From the human T2T-CHM13v2.0 reference genome, Homo sapiens, in NCBI RefSeq assembly GCF_009914755.1, contig NC_060936.1: a stretch of DNA of 64,000 nt. The stretch is one strand, 5' to 3'. Of this stretch, positions 38,120 through 52,388 are shown piece after piece; the stretch's first letter is position 1, and each line of letters opens with the position of its first letter. Both the position numbers and the translations under genes were made by a program. The notes under the pieces are model-generated. The model was not told where the DNA came from and did not search any database. It saw only the letters and a list, made by a program, of their open reading frames with translations.

Positions 38120-40499
38120 GCAACTCATCTGTACATACCTACAATGGACAAATTCCAGAGCCAGGATTTGAACCTGGGTCACCCTGGCTCCAAAGTCCAT
38201 GCTGTGTTTATTGTACCATGCTGTCCCCAGATATAAATGCACCACAAATTCGGGAGGAGAGACAACAGTGGGCTGCACATGCAGGAGAGACTTTTTGGAA
38301 GAAAAGGCCTTGAAGGAAAATAAATTTGAATCGGTGATCCCAGGCTATAGGCAAGATGAGAGAAACACTGGACTTGCCAAGTTATAGCTGATAGACACTT
38401 TGCCTGGGGTTTCAACATAGCAGGAGGGATTATGGTGAGGACACACAGTGAGAATTGCTCCATAAAAAGGAGCAGGAAAATAGCAGGGATCTTAGAGACA
38501 GAAAGGGACAACGAAGAAGGCCACCACTGCAAAAAGCACACAGGTGGGAAAATACTGTGCCCCATATGCAAAGGTGAGAAATAACTCACAATATCTTTTT
38601 TCATGAGAGGGATGGGTAGGCATTACACCATCCCCATTCCCTCAAGGAAGAAGGAGAAGCATGGCTTACATATACTCCCACCAGAACCTGCTCCCTTATT
38701 CCCACTCTAATTTCCTTAATCAAAGCAAAGGACAAGGACAGTGATTTCTCCTTTGTCACTGAGTGGAAAATGATACTATTCTAAGAGTGATTGAAGGCGC
38801 TGGGTATGCTAAGCCCTGATGAAGACATGAAGATGCAAGCATGTGAGCAAACAGAGGAGAGAAGTTTTGTGCCATGTGATTGCCAAGATAAGAATTTGGA
38901 CCAATAGGTGAAAATTCCAAGCTAATAATGTGCTAGAAATTTTTCATGTCATCCATTCAACAACCAATGAGTCATTCAACAACCACTGAGGCATTCAACA
39001 ACCATTCATTAGGAGCCCTCTCTGTGCCAGGGACTGTCATAGATGCCTGGTGAGTCAAACAGAAGTGATCCTTGTCTTTCTGGTTGGCCTAAATCCATCT
39101 TGTTACAAACTAGACTTAGCTTTGAAGTTGAAGTATTTTAAGACCTTTCTCAGGGAAAGAAAATGTAGAGAGTCACCAACTCACTCTTCTCCTACACGTT
39201 TGTTTCTTCCTGCAGTGATAAAACATGTTTTGATGGTGATGGAACTTGCCGAATATGCCAAAATCACATCACACAGATCCCCTTCTCCTCCAGGTAATGG
39301 GAGCCTTGGATTAAATGCAGACATGGCAGGGTCAGAGACACAGTAGGCAGACAGCACCAGGTAAATCTGGTAGGAGCGAATTCTAATGTAGGGGAATAGG
39401 TTTCTCAGTGAGGATGACCTTCCAGCTAATGGCCCATACCTGGGGACCCATGCAGCTGTCCCAAGGCATTTCTGGAGTCTGAGAGAGAAAATCCATCAGC
39501 CATTCTTGACTAAGCTGGGGAACGTTTCAGCTTTCTAATAGGGTTATTAGCTGGGTAACAAATGAAACGGTACAGCAACAGAAGGGCAGAGGTAACTGAA
39601 ATGCGAGAGAAAAATGCATAGTGATTTTCCACATTCTTTCAGCACACATGTTTTCCTCAAAATCCCCTCTACTGCCCAGCATTATGAAATGTCAGGAACC
39701 AAGGGATTTGGAGAGAGCAACTCAAAGAACCAAGGGTATGACACAGGATGGGAAGAACCTCCCCACAAGGGAGGATAACAGATTTCCGTAAGGCAAAGAA
39801 GTAATCCGGTAGAGCTGTTGATGATATCACAGGGCACCTCTAAACACACTCTCAGGGATTCTGTAAGCCCAGGAAATCAGGCAGAGTGATTTGTGAGCAA
39901 CAAGGGACAGTGTTCTAAACAGAGAGTTTAGTTCTGGCTTAGGAATTTATTCCATTGTTGACTTGTATTAATTAATCTTGCTTTTTGATTACAAAAAAAA
40001 AGTCTGTTGTCAGAAGTACAGAAAAAAAGAATATAAAAATCACCCCAAATTCTAAAATTTGAAGGTAAACATTATTCACTTTTTATTGGTATATCTGCAG
40101 TCTTTTTCTCTATGCATATCTGTATATCTCTCTCACAAAATTACAATCATATTTTCATTGCTTTATAAGCCATTTCTCTCACTTAACAATATATCATGAA
40201 ATTTTATGATGTTCCCCCATATTGTATTTTTCATAAATACTATTTTCATGTCCATATCATACGAATGCATTAGGTTGAAACACATAAAATTAGTGCTATT
40301 CGACCTTTTTTAACCTGCAAAAATGATTTCATATGGTTCACCTGTATTATAATTGATTTCTCCAGCCTTATATTCATTGACATTTACACTGTTTCCAAAT
40401 GTTCTCAATTATTAAAAAATTTGCAGTGAACGTCATTGTGTTTAGATCTTTGCACACATCCATGATTATTTTCTTCTGGTAAATCCTTATACACTAGAT

Positions 40500-41022
40500 A
40501 TGTACTGCTGGGTAATAAGTTTCCAGAAATTTAGCAGTTTAAACAACACACATTTTATTTTATAGTTTCCATGGATCAGGTTAAGCTGGTTCCTCTGCTT
40601 CAAGGTTTCTCTTAGGGCTCCAACCTAGGTGCAGGTGAGCACTGGGTCTCATCTGAAGACTCAATTGGGGAAGGGTCTGCTTTCATGTTCATTCAGGTGG
40701 TTGTTAGCAGGATTCAGTTTCTTGCTGGCTGTTAATCTGAGACCTCCCCCAGTTCCTTGCCAAGTGGGCTCCTTCATAGAACAGCTCACAGAATGGCAGC
40801 TGTCTTCATTAAAGCTAGCAATGGAAAGAGTCAGATAGTAAGATGAATGTTGCAATCTTACGTAACTTAACTAAGACATGATAGACCATCACCCTTGCCA
40901 TATTCTATTGGTTAGAAGGAAGCTCTAGGTCTTGCCCACACTCAAGAGGAGGGGATTATATAAGAATGTGAACACCAGAAAGAAGGGATTATTAGGGATC
41001 ATCTTGGAGTATGCCTACTACA
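40500..41022 (-). mobile_element. MLT1 solo LTR (MLT1F-like)
   Basis: 'gggtctcatctgaagactcaattggggaagg', 'ccatattctattggttagaagg...ctcaagaggaggggatta'. Confidence 0.8.
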
Positions 41023-42876
41023 TTCTAGAAGTAGAATTGCTAGACAAAATGATGTGAACATTTTTAGGGTTTTGAGATTTACTGATAAATTGACCCCTGG
41101 GATAGCCACATAAGTTAGTCTTCCCTCTAGGAGTACATGAAAAAACCTAGCTGCCTAAAGGGTCATCATTTTTAAAGTCTTTTCAATTTGATAGGAAAAC
41201 CATGATATCCTGTTTTTATTTGCATTTCTTTGAGAGCTCATTTATTTTTTCCTTTGCAAATTGCTAATTCATAATTTTTGCCCATTAAAAAAAGCTGTTC
41301 AAAGTTTTAATAGAATAAAGATTTTATTAACCATTTGTCTTTAATGCATATCTTAGATATTTTTTCTGATTTTACCATTTGTTTTAAAGTCTTGGTTGCA
41401 AAATTTACAAAAATATTTAATTTTTAAATGGTCAAACCCAGCAATATTTACTTTATAATTTCTTCTTTTGCATTTTTTCCTAAAAAGCCCATCACCCCAA
41501 ATTAGATAGATTACTATCTAAAGTTCATTTTTGATAGTAATTAGTAATTTTGTTGTTTCATTATTTATCTTTAACTCTTTAATCCACAGTTCATCTTTTC
41601 CTCACTCTTCTCACCTGAGCAATGAGTGATGGTATAATAATATCTCATAGTGTGTATCCTGACTGGGAATGAAGCGTCCCCTCCCAAGAAGGGGTATTAG
41701 AATCTCTCTTGTTGGTATGGAAGGGAAGGATGGTGTGTGGAAATACCAATCCTGTTATTTCAGTTTTCTGCATTAATTAGAAATTCCGAGAGAAATTGTA
41801 AGATAAAAAAGACAGTAGTGAGTGTCTTTTTCAAGAATGTCCCCAGTGTTTCACCACTAAGCATGGTGTTCTGTGTAATATATGTCCTTGATCAAATTTA
41901 TTTTTTGTGCAGAGACATTTCAATTACATCTGTAATGAGTATTGACTTTGGAGAGGAGAGTATTAATTTAAATGATCCCAATATTTTTTCTTATTTGACT
42001 TTTTGGAATAAATCTCACTGGTTGTGGCCCATTTCTCTCTTTAAAAACTTCTGTTTTCCATTTGGTAATAGTTTATTAATAATTTTGACATTTGTATTTA
42101 AAGTGAGATTGATTTCTTATTTATCAAGATTAGGGTTATGCTAATCTCAAATACTTTGGGAAGCTTTCTCCCTTCTCTATGTCTTGATATAATTTATGAA
42201 GTATGATATTGCTGGTTCTTGGAGGTTGGAAAGATCTTACTCTAGAGTGGCCAAGGCCCAAGACTTTTAACAGAGTTAACCATGTAACAATCCTTCAGAT
42301 TCTTTATCATTAATAGTTTCACCAATTTTCTGTCTCTTATGTTAATATGGTAATTTATGTTTCCCTGCAAATTGTCGATTTTGTTGAGAATTTAAAATTT
42401 ATCAGCTAGAAGTTATAATAGTCCCATAATATTTAAATCTAACTTTTGATCTATAATTATATTCCTAATGATATGTATTCTTTTTTCTTGCTTTATCCTT
42501 GGTTAGATATGATGAATTACCTATTTTATTGTTGACTTTTTTCAAGATCCAGTTTTTATATGTATATATCCATCCCATTAGCTTTCAATTTTTAAAAACT
42601 TCATTAATGTCTTCACTTATTTTTATTATTCCTTCCTCCTTTGTTTTAATTTTTTATGAAAATGTTCACGCTAAAACTTAGGGCAAATAATATAATGTAT
42701 GCTTCCTTACAGATCCATGAGCAATATACAACAAATACCAAAATTTTGCCACATTTGCTTCATCTTTTTCTCTTTTCTTTGTATTATTTGCTGAAATGTT
42801 TTAAATAAAACCCTAGAGATTATGTTATTTCACCCCTACACACCTCAGAGTACATCTCTAAAAAATATTTTTCTCA

Positions 42877-43247
<371 letters not shown>

Positions 43248-43484
43248 TCATTCTTTCTTTTATAATAAAAAAGTATTTAACACTATGAATTTTCTACTGA
43301 GTATAGAATTAGCAGCACATATTAATAAACTTGATATGTAATTTTCCCAATGTCAATATGTTCAAAGTTGGCTACAGTTAAATTTTTCAGTCTTGTTCTA
43401 GTAACTATATAGAAGAAACACATACATTCATATATATCCTTCTGGTGTTTTTGCTTAAGTATTCTGGAAACAACTCTAACATTA

Positions 43485-43922
43485 GTTTGTTTCACAGATT
43501 GGGTTGTCTGGACAGTGGGGTCTGAGACGGAAATTAGCATACAGGCGACTTAGGAGCAAGGGGCCTTGGGGTCAAGCGACACTTGTGGAAAGAAAGGAAA
43601 GGGAGTAGGACTGGGCAGAGGGAGAAGCTGAGCTGCAAGGAGGTCTCAGTGGAGGCCTCAGCCCACACCACAGAGAGCTCTGAAGGATCTTTTCAAGTTG
43701 TCTGGAGCTGAGAACAAGAGGACAGGGTTTTATTCCCCACACCAATCATTGAAAACAGGCTGCCCCAGGAAGGGGACATGGCTTTGGCCTCTTCAGTGGG
43801 AACAGACTCTGGAGAGGGCTGACAGCTGAGTGCTGTCTGCTGGAAGGACTCTCAGTGGCTGGGAGGATCCACTCTTCCTTGTTGAAGATGACTCTGGGTG
43901 GGGCATCCCGGTCTCCATCACA
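43485..43922 (-). mobile_element. ERVL LTR (LTR16/LTR33 class)
   Basis: 'ctgagacggaaattagcatacagg...ggactgggcagagggagaagctgagctgc...gaggcctcagcc'. Confidence 0.7.
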
Positions 43923-46900
43923 GTTGCAGAATTTCTAAGTTTGGGGATTTGTTTGTTCAGTGTTCAAGAATCATGTTCATTCTTCAGCAGTCTAAAAATC
44001 TAATGCATGCATATTACTCAAACTCACTAATTTTACCTACTTGGTTTACTGAAGAATGTTAAAGTAGTCTAATAAAATTATGATTTGGCTGTTTCTCCTT
44101 GTATTTTTATTTTTCGTAGTGTTTCCTTTATACCTTTTGAAGCTGTGCCATTCAATACAGAAATGTCTATAGTATTGCATCTTCCTTATGGCTTAAATCT
44201 GCTGCCCCTGCAAAACGCCCTCTCTGAATATTGTTTTCTCTTGCCTTGAATTATTTGCTTGTGGACACTTTCGTCCCTGGTTCTTTTGGTGTGTCTGATG
44301 AATCTTTAGCCATACTTTTATTCCTAATCATTTTTTTGTCATATCCCTTAAAAATTCATATAATAGACTTGGATTTCTATTTTTTACTCACAACTGAGAA
44401 TTTGGGTGATTAGCACTGAAATTTAGCCCTTTTACAATTACGGTCATAACCAATATAACATCTTGTTTTATGAGGCGAAATTTTCAGGCTTCTTTAAATT
44501 TTGCTTCATTCCCTGTCTCTCACTATATGAACTATACAATCCTTTATTTTGACTAACTTCTTACTTGGCCACAGTATATTCTTGAATAATTTTTTTCAGA
44601 GTGTATAAATTAAAAAATTAACCCTTGCATTTAAAAAAAATTGACTTTTCTCCTCTTCAATTGGAATATTACCTTCTTTAACTATATAATTCGTGGGTCA
44701 CAATTTTTTCCCCCTGAAAACTGCAATGTTTTTATTGTAGAGAAGAAATTTGGGGCCTGCCTAGTTTTCTGTTTCTTAGCAGTAGTAATTCTCCCCTGCT
44801 TTGCTGGTAGAATTGCTTCTTTGTTATTGAAACTGGAAAAGTTTGACCAATGTGTTTGAGCATTTGTTGCTTCTCACCACTTTTTCCTTGAACTTAGTAG
44901 GTGCATTTAGTTTGCAGATAGAAGTAATTATTCAGCCAAGCAAAGTTTTCTTCACTACCTCTTGGTACTGTTGCCTCTCCTTCCCATTCTACAATTTTGG
45001 GTGTTGTGAATCCATGCTCTGTATCTTTTACTTTTCCTTTTTCATTTCCATGTTTCTAAGTTTTCTTAACCTCATCTTTATTTTTTAAAAATTGATCCTT
45101 TATCATTTTCAATCTACTGTTTCATGCTTCAATTGCAATTTTATTTTTAACTGGGTCAAGTTGTTTTTCATTTCCTTGGCCTTTTCCAGATTTCATAGGT
45201 GCCCCTCTCTGATTATCCCCTCTAGTTACAGAGATGTGATGTCCTGTTTCCATCTTATCAGGAACATTTCTAAACCTTTCTGCTTGCAGTAACTCTATAT
45301 TGTTGAGTCTCTTTCTTTATCCCCTTCTTCTGTACTTTGAGTCTTTTCATATGGCTAAATGTCTTTATCTGCTGGCCCCTGGCTTACAGAGTGAAGTACT
45401 TGCTTCTAATAAATTGGAGGCCTACATATGTTCTAAGAGGGGCTTAGTCGATCTCTGATTGGATATTTCAGGCCACATGAAGGGAAAAGGGAAAATTCTT
45501 ATTGTCATTTTCCTTTTCCTTTTCCTTTTCAAAGAGTCAGGTGCTTGGAGAGATAAGAGATAGATGGAGCCAATGATATCTTTGACAAGGAGTTTTGCCT
45601 GCATGGAAAAATTTCTTTTTCTTGTTTTTGGGGAAGCTAGAAGTGGTGTCAGACTTCAGTCAGCAAAATTTCAGCAGTGTCCCACGTCTTCACACTTCAA
45701 GTACTCTATGAACCAGTGCCACAGGCTCCACTTGGTGTGGCCGTTGCCTCCGCTTTGCTTTCCAAAGATACCGGTGGATTCCAAAATTTGATCTCAATGT
45801 CTTTGATAGCCCGCTCTGGCTTCCAGGCAGGTGTTTGTAAGGCTCAGCCAGGGTCTCTTCCATTTGCTTCCAGGCCCATCGTTCTGAGCATACGGTGGCT
45901 TGCAGCTGAGCTTGGGCCTCCTTCCACACTCACTCTGACAACCCCATATCCTGCTGCTATTTTCCAGTGTGTCTTTGGCTGTGAGAGTTTCCCTTCCTCA
46001 GCTTCCAGCAGAAACAGAGTGTCTTGAGGTTGAATAAAGGAATAAGACAGGTTTCCCTCAATGTGTGTATTTCACTCATCATCTCAGTGGCAGTTTGAGG
46101 ACCACCAGTGGAAGGAAATGGATGACATCCCTGAGGAGTTCTTGCTTGCCAGTTAGATTTCAAATAATGTCCCAGAAAATAATGGTCCAGGTTTAAGGGA
46201 GAAGGAAGGGGGAAAAGATGCAGTGAATGCAGAAAAGACAAAGAAAGAAGATCCTGGACAGAAAGGAAAACGGTACCTCCAAGTGTTCTGTGATGCCCAT
46301 ATATGCCTTATGAAAATACCCACTGCTCAAGCCAGCTGTGTGCAGGGTTTCCAGGGCAGTCCCACCACCCCGACTCGTGCTTCAGGGATATGATGATGTT
46401 AAGGGTGCTCTTCCGGGTGGGCTCCATGTCCATTCTCTTCGCTTCAGCCACTCACGCTTCTGGGGAAAGAGGACACACAAAGAAATTTCTGTCCCATTCC
46501 CGAAAGGTCTTAGAAATGGATTGTGGTGGAAACGAGGCGATATCAAACACAAGACCAAGAGAGGTCCACGCCCCCTGCTGGTGAAAACAATAAATAGCTC
46601 CACCATTTTTCCTGGGCGTGGTTCCCCCCAGTTCTTGGGTGGGTGGGTCTTGGTTTGGTCTGTTTTGCTCAAATGGTGATGGGGGTTTGGGGGATAGGGA
46701 GTCCGTGGGAGAAAGAGAGAGAGATTTACCAGAATAAATGACACCCAGACTGCAGAATACCATACCATGTGAGGCGGAAAATGCCCCAGGAGTTAAGGAT
46801 CATCATCAGAAAATAGTTTTTCCAATCCAGAATGCAAACAGATTGCAGGGCCTTGTGGGTGGAGCTGGTGGGGAGGCTGGGAGGCAGGGGGAGAGACAGG

Positions 46901-47699
46901 GTGTCACCGGCCCTTCAGAATGAGGATTGGATTTCTGTTGAATTTTTTATGGATGCCTGTAAGCCTCCCCATCACATTATAGTCTGGATGAAAAATTATC
47001 CACCAAGGAAAATAGATCTGCGTGAATCAAGATTTCATTGCCAAGGGCCAGGTTATCACATGGAATTTCTTTGTGGGTCAGCATGGCTGATTTATTTATA
47101 TGTGTACCCTGTGGGTGTCTATTAGGCCTCCCAGACTGTGATCACTGTGGGGACAGCTGGCTTATATATATGTGTTGCTGGGCATGTGGTGGAACTGAAG
47201 CTGAACATTCGCCGAAGAGAAGGGGAAGGAAGGCATGGAAATGTATTTGGGCTGCTTCTAAGCAGTCAAGGCCAGAGCCCAGATTTAGGACTTGAAATAT
47301 CGGGGTTCTCATTCTAATTCCATTGATTGCTGGATACGTAAATTTGAATAATAGCATCACCTTGCTGAATTTCAGCTTCCTCAACTGTAAAATGAGGATA
47401 GTAATATTCTCTGCTGAGCCAGCAGGTCAATGAAGTATGATGGTGGCTGAAATACTATAGGAATGACTAACTTGGGTAGGGATTAATAATGCTATTATAT
47501 CTATTTATTTGGTGATTCAACAAGCACTTATTGAGCAACTACTATGGGCCATGCACTTTGCTGGGTGCTGGGGACACAGCAAAGATCAAGTAGGCATGGC
47601 CTCTGCCTTCTTTGTGTTGACAGTCCAGTAGCAACACAGATAAGTAATCCTCCTCTGCCTTGCTAATACACTTGATTCTTTATCCTTGAAATTAAAAAC

Positions 47700-48003
47700 T
47701 TTTTTTTTTTTTTTTGAGACAGAGTCTCTCTCTGTCGCCCAGGCTGGAGTGCAGTGGCGCCATCTCAGCTCACGGCTCACTGCAAGCTCCGCCTTCCGGG
47801 TTCATGCCATTCTCCTGCCTCAGCCTCCCGAGTAGCTGGGACTACAGGCACCCGCCACCATGCCTGGCTAATTTTTTGTATTTTTAGTAGAGACGGGGTT
47901 TCACCGTGTTAGCCAGGATGGTCTCGATCTCCTGACCTCGTGATCCACCCACCTCGGCCTCCCAAAGTGCTGGGATTACAGGCGTGAGCCACCGCACCCG
48001 GCC
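47700..48003 (-). mobile_element. AluY with a 7-bp internal duplication
   Basis: Y diagnostics 'gcaagctccgcc' and 'caccgtgttagccaggatggtctcgatc'; TSD 'gaaattaaaaactttt'. Confidence 0.97.
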
Positions 48004-49675
48004 GAAATTAAAAACTTTTACCAAGATTTCTAGGTGTTTGTCTTTTCTCATTATTTGTTCCTGGAACTTGCTACGTCTGTTTGACTTGCAGATAGTTGTT
48101 CTCAACTCAGCAAAGTTTGCTTCATCATTTCTGTGTGCTCTTTTGTTTCCTTCTTATCAGACAGTATCAAGTGTTCTGGATTCATGCTCCACGTTTTTTC
48201 ATGTTTCCTCTTCATTTTCATGTCTTCATGGGGTGCTACAAGGGGGTTCTGTCCTCAGGAATTTGCTGGTGGTATTCCTGCTGCCCAGTTAGATCCGACG
48301 TGTTATCAGCTATTTGTAGAAAGCTGTTATGATCCTCCCTCACTGTTCCTCATCCTCCAAAACACATACTGTTATTACGGGAGCCAGAGGGATGCAATTG
48401 AGGAGCTGAACTGGCCTGAAGAGGTCCAGCTGATCCCTTGAGGTGGAACACCACCTACTAAGAGCAGATCTTGTCTACTTCAGCTCCACATTTCAACGCT
48501 CAAAATGCAAGTACTGAACAGGGAGCTGAAGAAATAAAGAAAATCTGGGATGGGACTGGGTTCAAACACAACAAGCATCATCTCAGCTCTTACTTTTTGG
48601 AATATGCTAAGAGTTGGATCAAATCAGCTCTCATCACCAAACTGGGGCACCAACACCCCATGTCCTGCCATAGGGCTTACCCCTGCTTTCCTAGGGGAAA
48701 AGATTACAAGCCAAGCTCAGTGACGTTGCAGTCAGGGTTGACACACTGCGCGGCACACCAAGAAAGCACCATGTATGTGACAGCCTATGTAAATGGCATG
48801 CTCTTGAGTACACACAAGGGTGTCTCCTGGAGGGCCTGGCTAGGGTGGTCCCTGAGTGATGGAATTATAGGTGACATCAACTATTTTCTTCTCTATTTTA
48901 TTCCTGGGTATTTCAAATGTCCTATTATTTTCACATTTTTCCACTAGCATTACTATTTCTATACAGTTATTATTTGTTTGTTTAAGGAGTTTAGTAAATC
49001 ACTCATCACTTCAAAGTTTGAACCAATATGCAGGGTGACCACCTGATCCCTGCTGGTGTAGGACTTCCCCAGTTTCGTCACTGAAAGTTCCGCATCCCAG
49101 GATGCCCCTCAGTCTTAGATAAACTAAGATTGTTGGACACCTTACAAAGGTGGTATATAAACCACATGGCAGATTAATAACCAAACAAAAAACACAAAGT
49201 ATTATCATAAATATCCAGCACTGAACTTGAGAAGGCTGCAGTAGAAAATGTGACCTGGTTCTGAGGCTGAATGAGGACATTTGCCTTTGATACCTGGGCT
49301 AAATCCTGAAACCTGAGACCCACATTTGCAGACGTGGCTGAAGAGAGAGAGAGAGAGAGCTTTTCTCAGCCACCCATATACCAGGGCAGGAAACAGCAGG
49401 TGAAGCACACGCACTGCCCCACACACCAATAAAGCCTGTCCCAACTATTTCCATTCTCTGACTACTTGGATGCCAACTTTCACATACAGGGGAGTGAATA
49501 TGGGGAGGGCAGAAGATCAGAAATGTTAGTTATATGTAACTTTCCCAATATGGAGAAAGAGTGGATAGAAGTCACCTCCCCTAAGGGACAAGACATGTAT
49601 GTGAGGAAAGGAGAAAAAAAGGCACCTGTCCCTACATTAATAACAATAAGAACAATAATAATAATAGCAGCTACC

Positions 49676-50226
49676 TTTTATTTTATTTTATTTTATTTTA
49701 TTTTTCCAAAATTTATTGGGGTACAGGTGGTATTTGGTTACATGAGTAAGTTCTTTAGTGGTGATTTGTGAGATCCTGGTGCACCCATCACCCGAGCAGT
49801 ATACACTGCACCATATTTGTTGTCTGTTATCCCCTGTGTCCCTTCCACTCTTCCCCCCAAGTCCCCAAAGTCCATTGTATCATTCTTATGCCCTTGCATC
49901 CTCATAGCTTAGCTCCCACATATCAGTGAGAACATATGATGTTTGGTTTTCCATTCCTGAGTTACTTCACTTAGAATGATAGTCTCCAGTCTCATCCAGG
50001 TCATTGCAAATGCTGTTAATTCATTCCTTTTTATGGCTGAGTAGTATTCCATTGTGTATATATACCACAGTTTCTTTATCCATTCGTTGACTTGATTTGG
50101 GTTGGTTCTATGATTTTGCAATTGTGAATTGTGCTGCTATAAACATGCGTGTGCAAGTATCTTTTTGGAATAATGACCTCTTTTCTGCAGGGTAGATACC
50201 CAGTAGTGGGATTGTTGGATCAAATG
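49676..50226 (-). mobile_element. L1PB 3' fragment
   Basis: 'tattggggtacaggtggtatttggttacatgagtaagttctttagtggtgatttgtgaga'. Confidence 0.9.
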
Positions 50227-50235
50227 AGCTACCCT

Positions 50236-50540
50236 TTATTTTTATTTTTATTTTGGAGGGATGGAGTCTCACTCACTCTGTTGCCCAGGCTGGAGTGCAT
50301 GGCATGATCTCAGCTCACTGCAACTTTTTCCTCCCAGGTTCAAGCAATTCTCCTGCCTCAGCCTCCTGAGAAGCTGGGATTACAGGCAAGTGCCACAATG
50401 CTCGGCTAATTTTTGTATTTTTTTTTTTAAGTAAAGGTGGGGTTTCACCATGCTGGCCAGGCCGGTCTTGAACTCCAAGTGATCCACTCGCCTCAGCCTC
50501 CCAAAGTGCTAGGATTACAGGCATGAGTCACCATGCCTGG
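50236..50540 (-). mobile_element. AluS
   Basis: Antisense Alu directly adjoining the L1PB. Confidence 0.93.
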
Positions 50541-52039
50541 TGGTTGACTACTTTATTGACTACTCGTTATATCCAGGCATCATGTTAAGTTTCTTACATA
50601 TATAAGCTTATTTGATTGTTAATAATTCTGTGAAAGGTACTCGTATTACCCCTGTCCTTCAAATGAGGAAACCAAGGCACAGAGAGGTCAAGCCATTTGC
50701 CTAAGACACCCAGCTAATAAGTGCAGAGCTATGGTTAAAATCCAGTTGCACGTGGGTCTAATTAGATGGTAGGTTGGAGTCACACCTCTAAATTAATATG
50801 ATTTTGATTGGGCCGCTTAACTTGTGGATGCCTCAGTTTCCTCATTTGTCCAATGAGGATAATATGCCTTGATTAATCTTACAGAGATATTCTGAAGATC
50901 CAGTGAAATGGTGAGTAGGAAAGTACTTTTCACAACTTACCCATATAAATTATTTTTTACATAACTTACATAATATCAATGGCATTTCAATTTCAAGAAT
51001 AACACGATGAACCCTACAGGTTTAAATGACAGCCCTGCAATATGGATCCCATGGACATTTCAAAGTTGCACTCTGTGTTGAAAAGCAGAGTCAGGTGATA
51101 AGGTGAAGCCTGTTTCCAGACCAAGATCTCTGATTTCTTTAGCTTTTGTAGGATGCCTTTGTATTTTTAGAGAGAACTGCTGTGGACTGGGTACAAATGG
51201 AGAACAACCAGTGCCCCACTTGATTCTTGATTGGAAATCAGGTAGTGTTGAGACTCCTATTTTTAGAGAGGGAACAGTGGGACACAGGTGATTAGATGCT
51301 CTGGATGGTGGTCAGAGGGTGATGAGCATTCTCAGTGAAAGCGGGAGAATGCCTACTGTCTACAAATAGCAATCCGAGCTCAATCTTCTCAGCATGGCTT
51401 GGTCCTACCAGGGGCCTTGCTTTAAGGCGGTGGGTAGAGGGTGGTAACAAATCTTTCCAGGACCCTGTATCTCTTGGAAACTTTAATGTCATTTGCGGTC
51501 ATGGAACCAACTTCACGAACTAAGGATGACCTTGGAAATCACTCAGTCCAATGCCTTCATTTCGCGGATGACAAGAGTCTTAGAAAGACTCCAAGACTTT
51601 CCCAAGAACACGCAGTCAGTGGCAGAGCTAGGAACAAGAACTCAAGTCTCCTGACTCCCAGGTCAGTGGTCTTTTCATCTGACTAACTGCCCTGTAATGC
51701 AGTTTGAATCCCAGGTTGGGGAAGCAGGTTGTACAGTGAGGTGGGTGGGCTAAAGAGAGCTGCAAGCAGGCCTGGTGGGAGAGGAAAGGAGGAGGGGTCA
51801 GAGGGTGGGCAAGAAAGAAAAAGCGGAGAAAGAAGAGACATGTGGAAGGAACGGAGAGGCAGCGACAGAGAAACAAGACTTGCAATAAATAGGAGAGATG
51901 CTATGGAAATTACTTTTTGAATGGTATTTAATTGGTTTATTAGTGTAATTCAGTTGCAGTTTGATTTGATTCAAACTTCTGATGTGTGTGATCCACCATC
52001 CACCAAGGACACTGCCAGCCTTACACAAGCAGAAGCAAA

Positions 52040-52375
52040 AGGCAGATCTGAGAGGAAGAGGGGGTGGTAGACAATGGAAGATGAAAGAGAAGGTGAAAAG
52101 AGGAGATAGCAAGAGGGATGAGAGGAGGAGAGGGAAAGGAAGAGAAAAGAAAGGAGAAGAGGAAAGAAGGGCAGGAAGAGGGAGGAAGGAACTGAGAGTG
52201 GTGGAGGGGAGATTGGAGATGGAGGCAGAGAAGAGAAGAGAAAGAAATGAGGAGAGAAAGAAGATAAGAAACAAGAAAGAGAGCCAGAGATGGGGGCATG
52301 TGATAGAGTGACTATGAGAGGCATGAAAGGGAAAGCAAGGGCCAGGAGAGATCAAGAGAGGTGAGGGAAAGTATA
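52040..52375. repeat. Purine-rich (GA) low-complexity tract
   Basis: Mostly A/G runs. Confidence 0.85.
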
Positions 52376-52388
52376 AATACAGCAAAGA

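Noticed and set aside
47764-47783. AluYb8 assignment from the 7-bp duplication
   Set aside because: The duplicated segment (gtgagcc in Alu sense) is not at the Yb8 diagnostic position.
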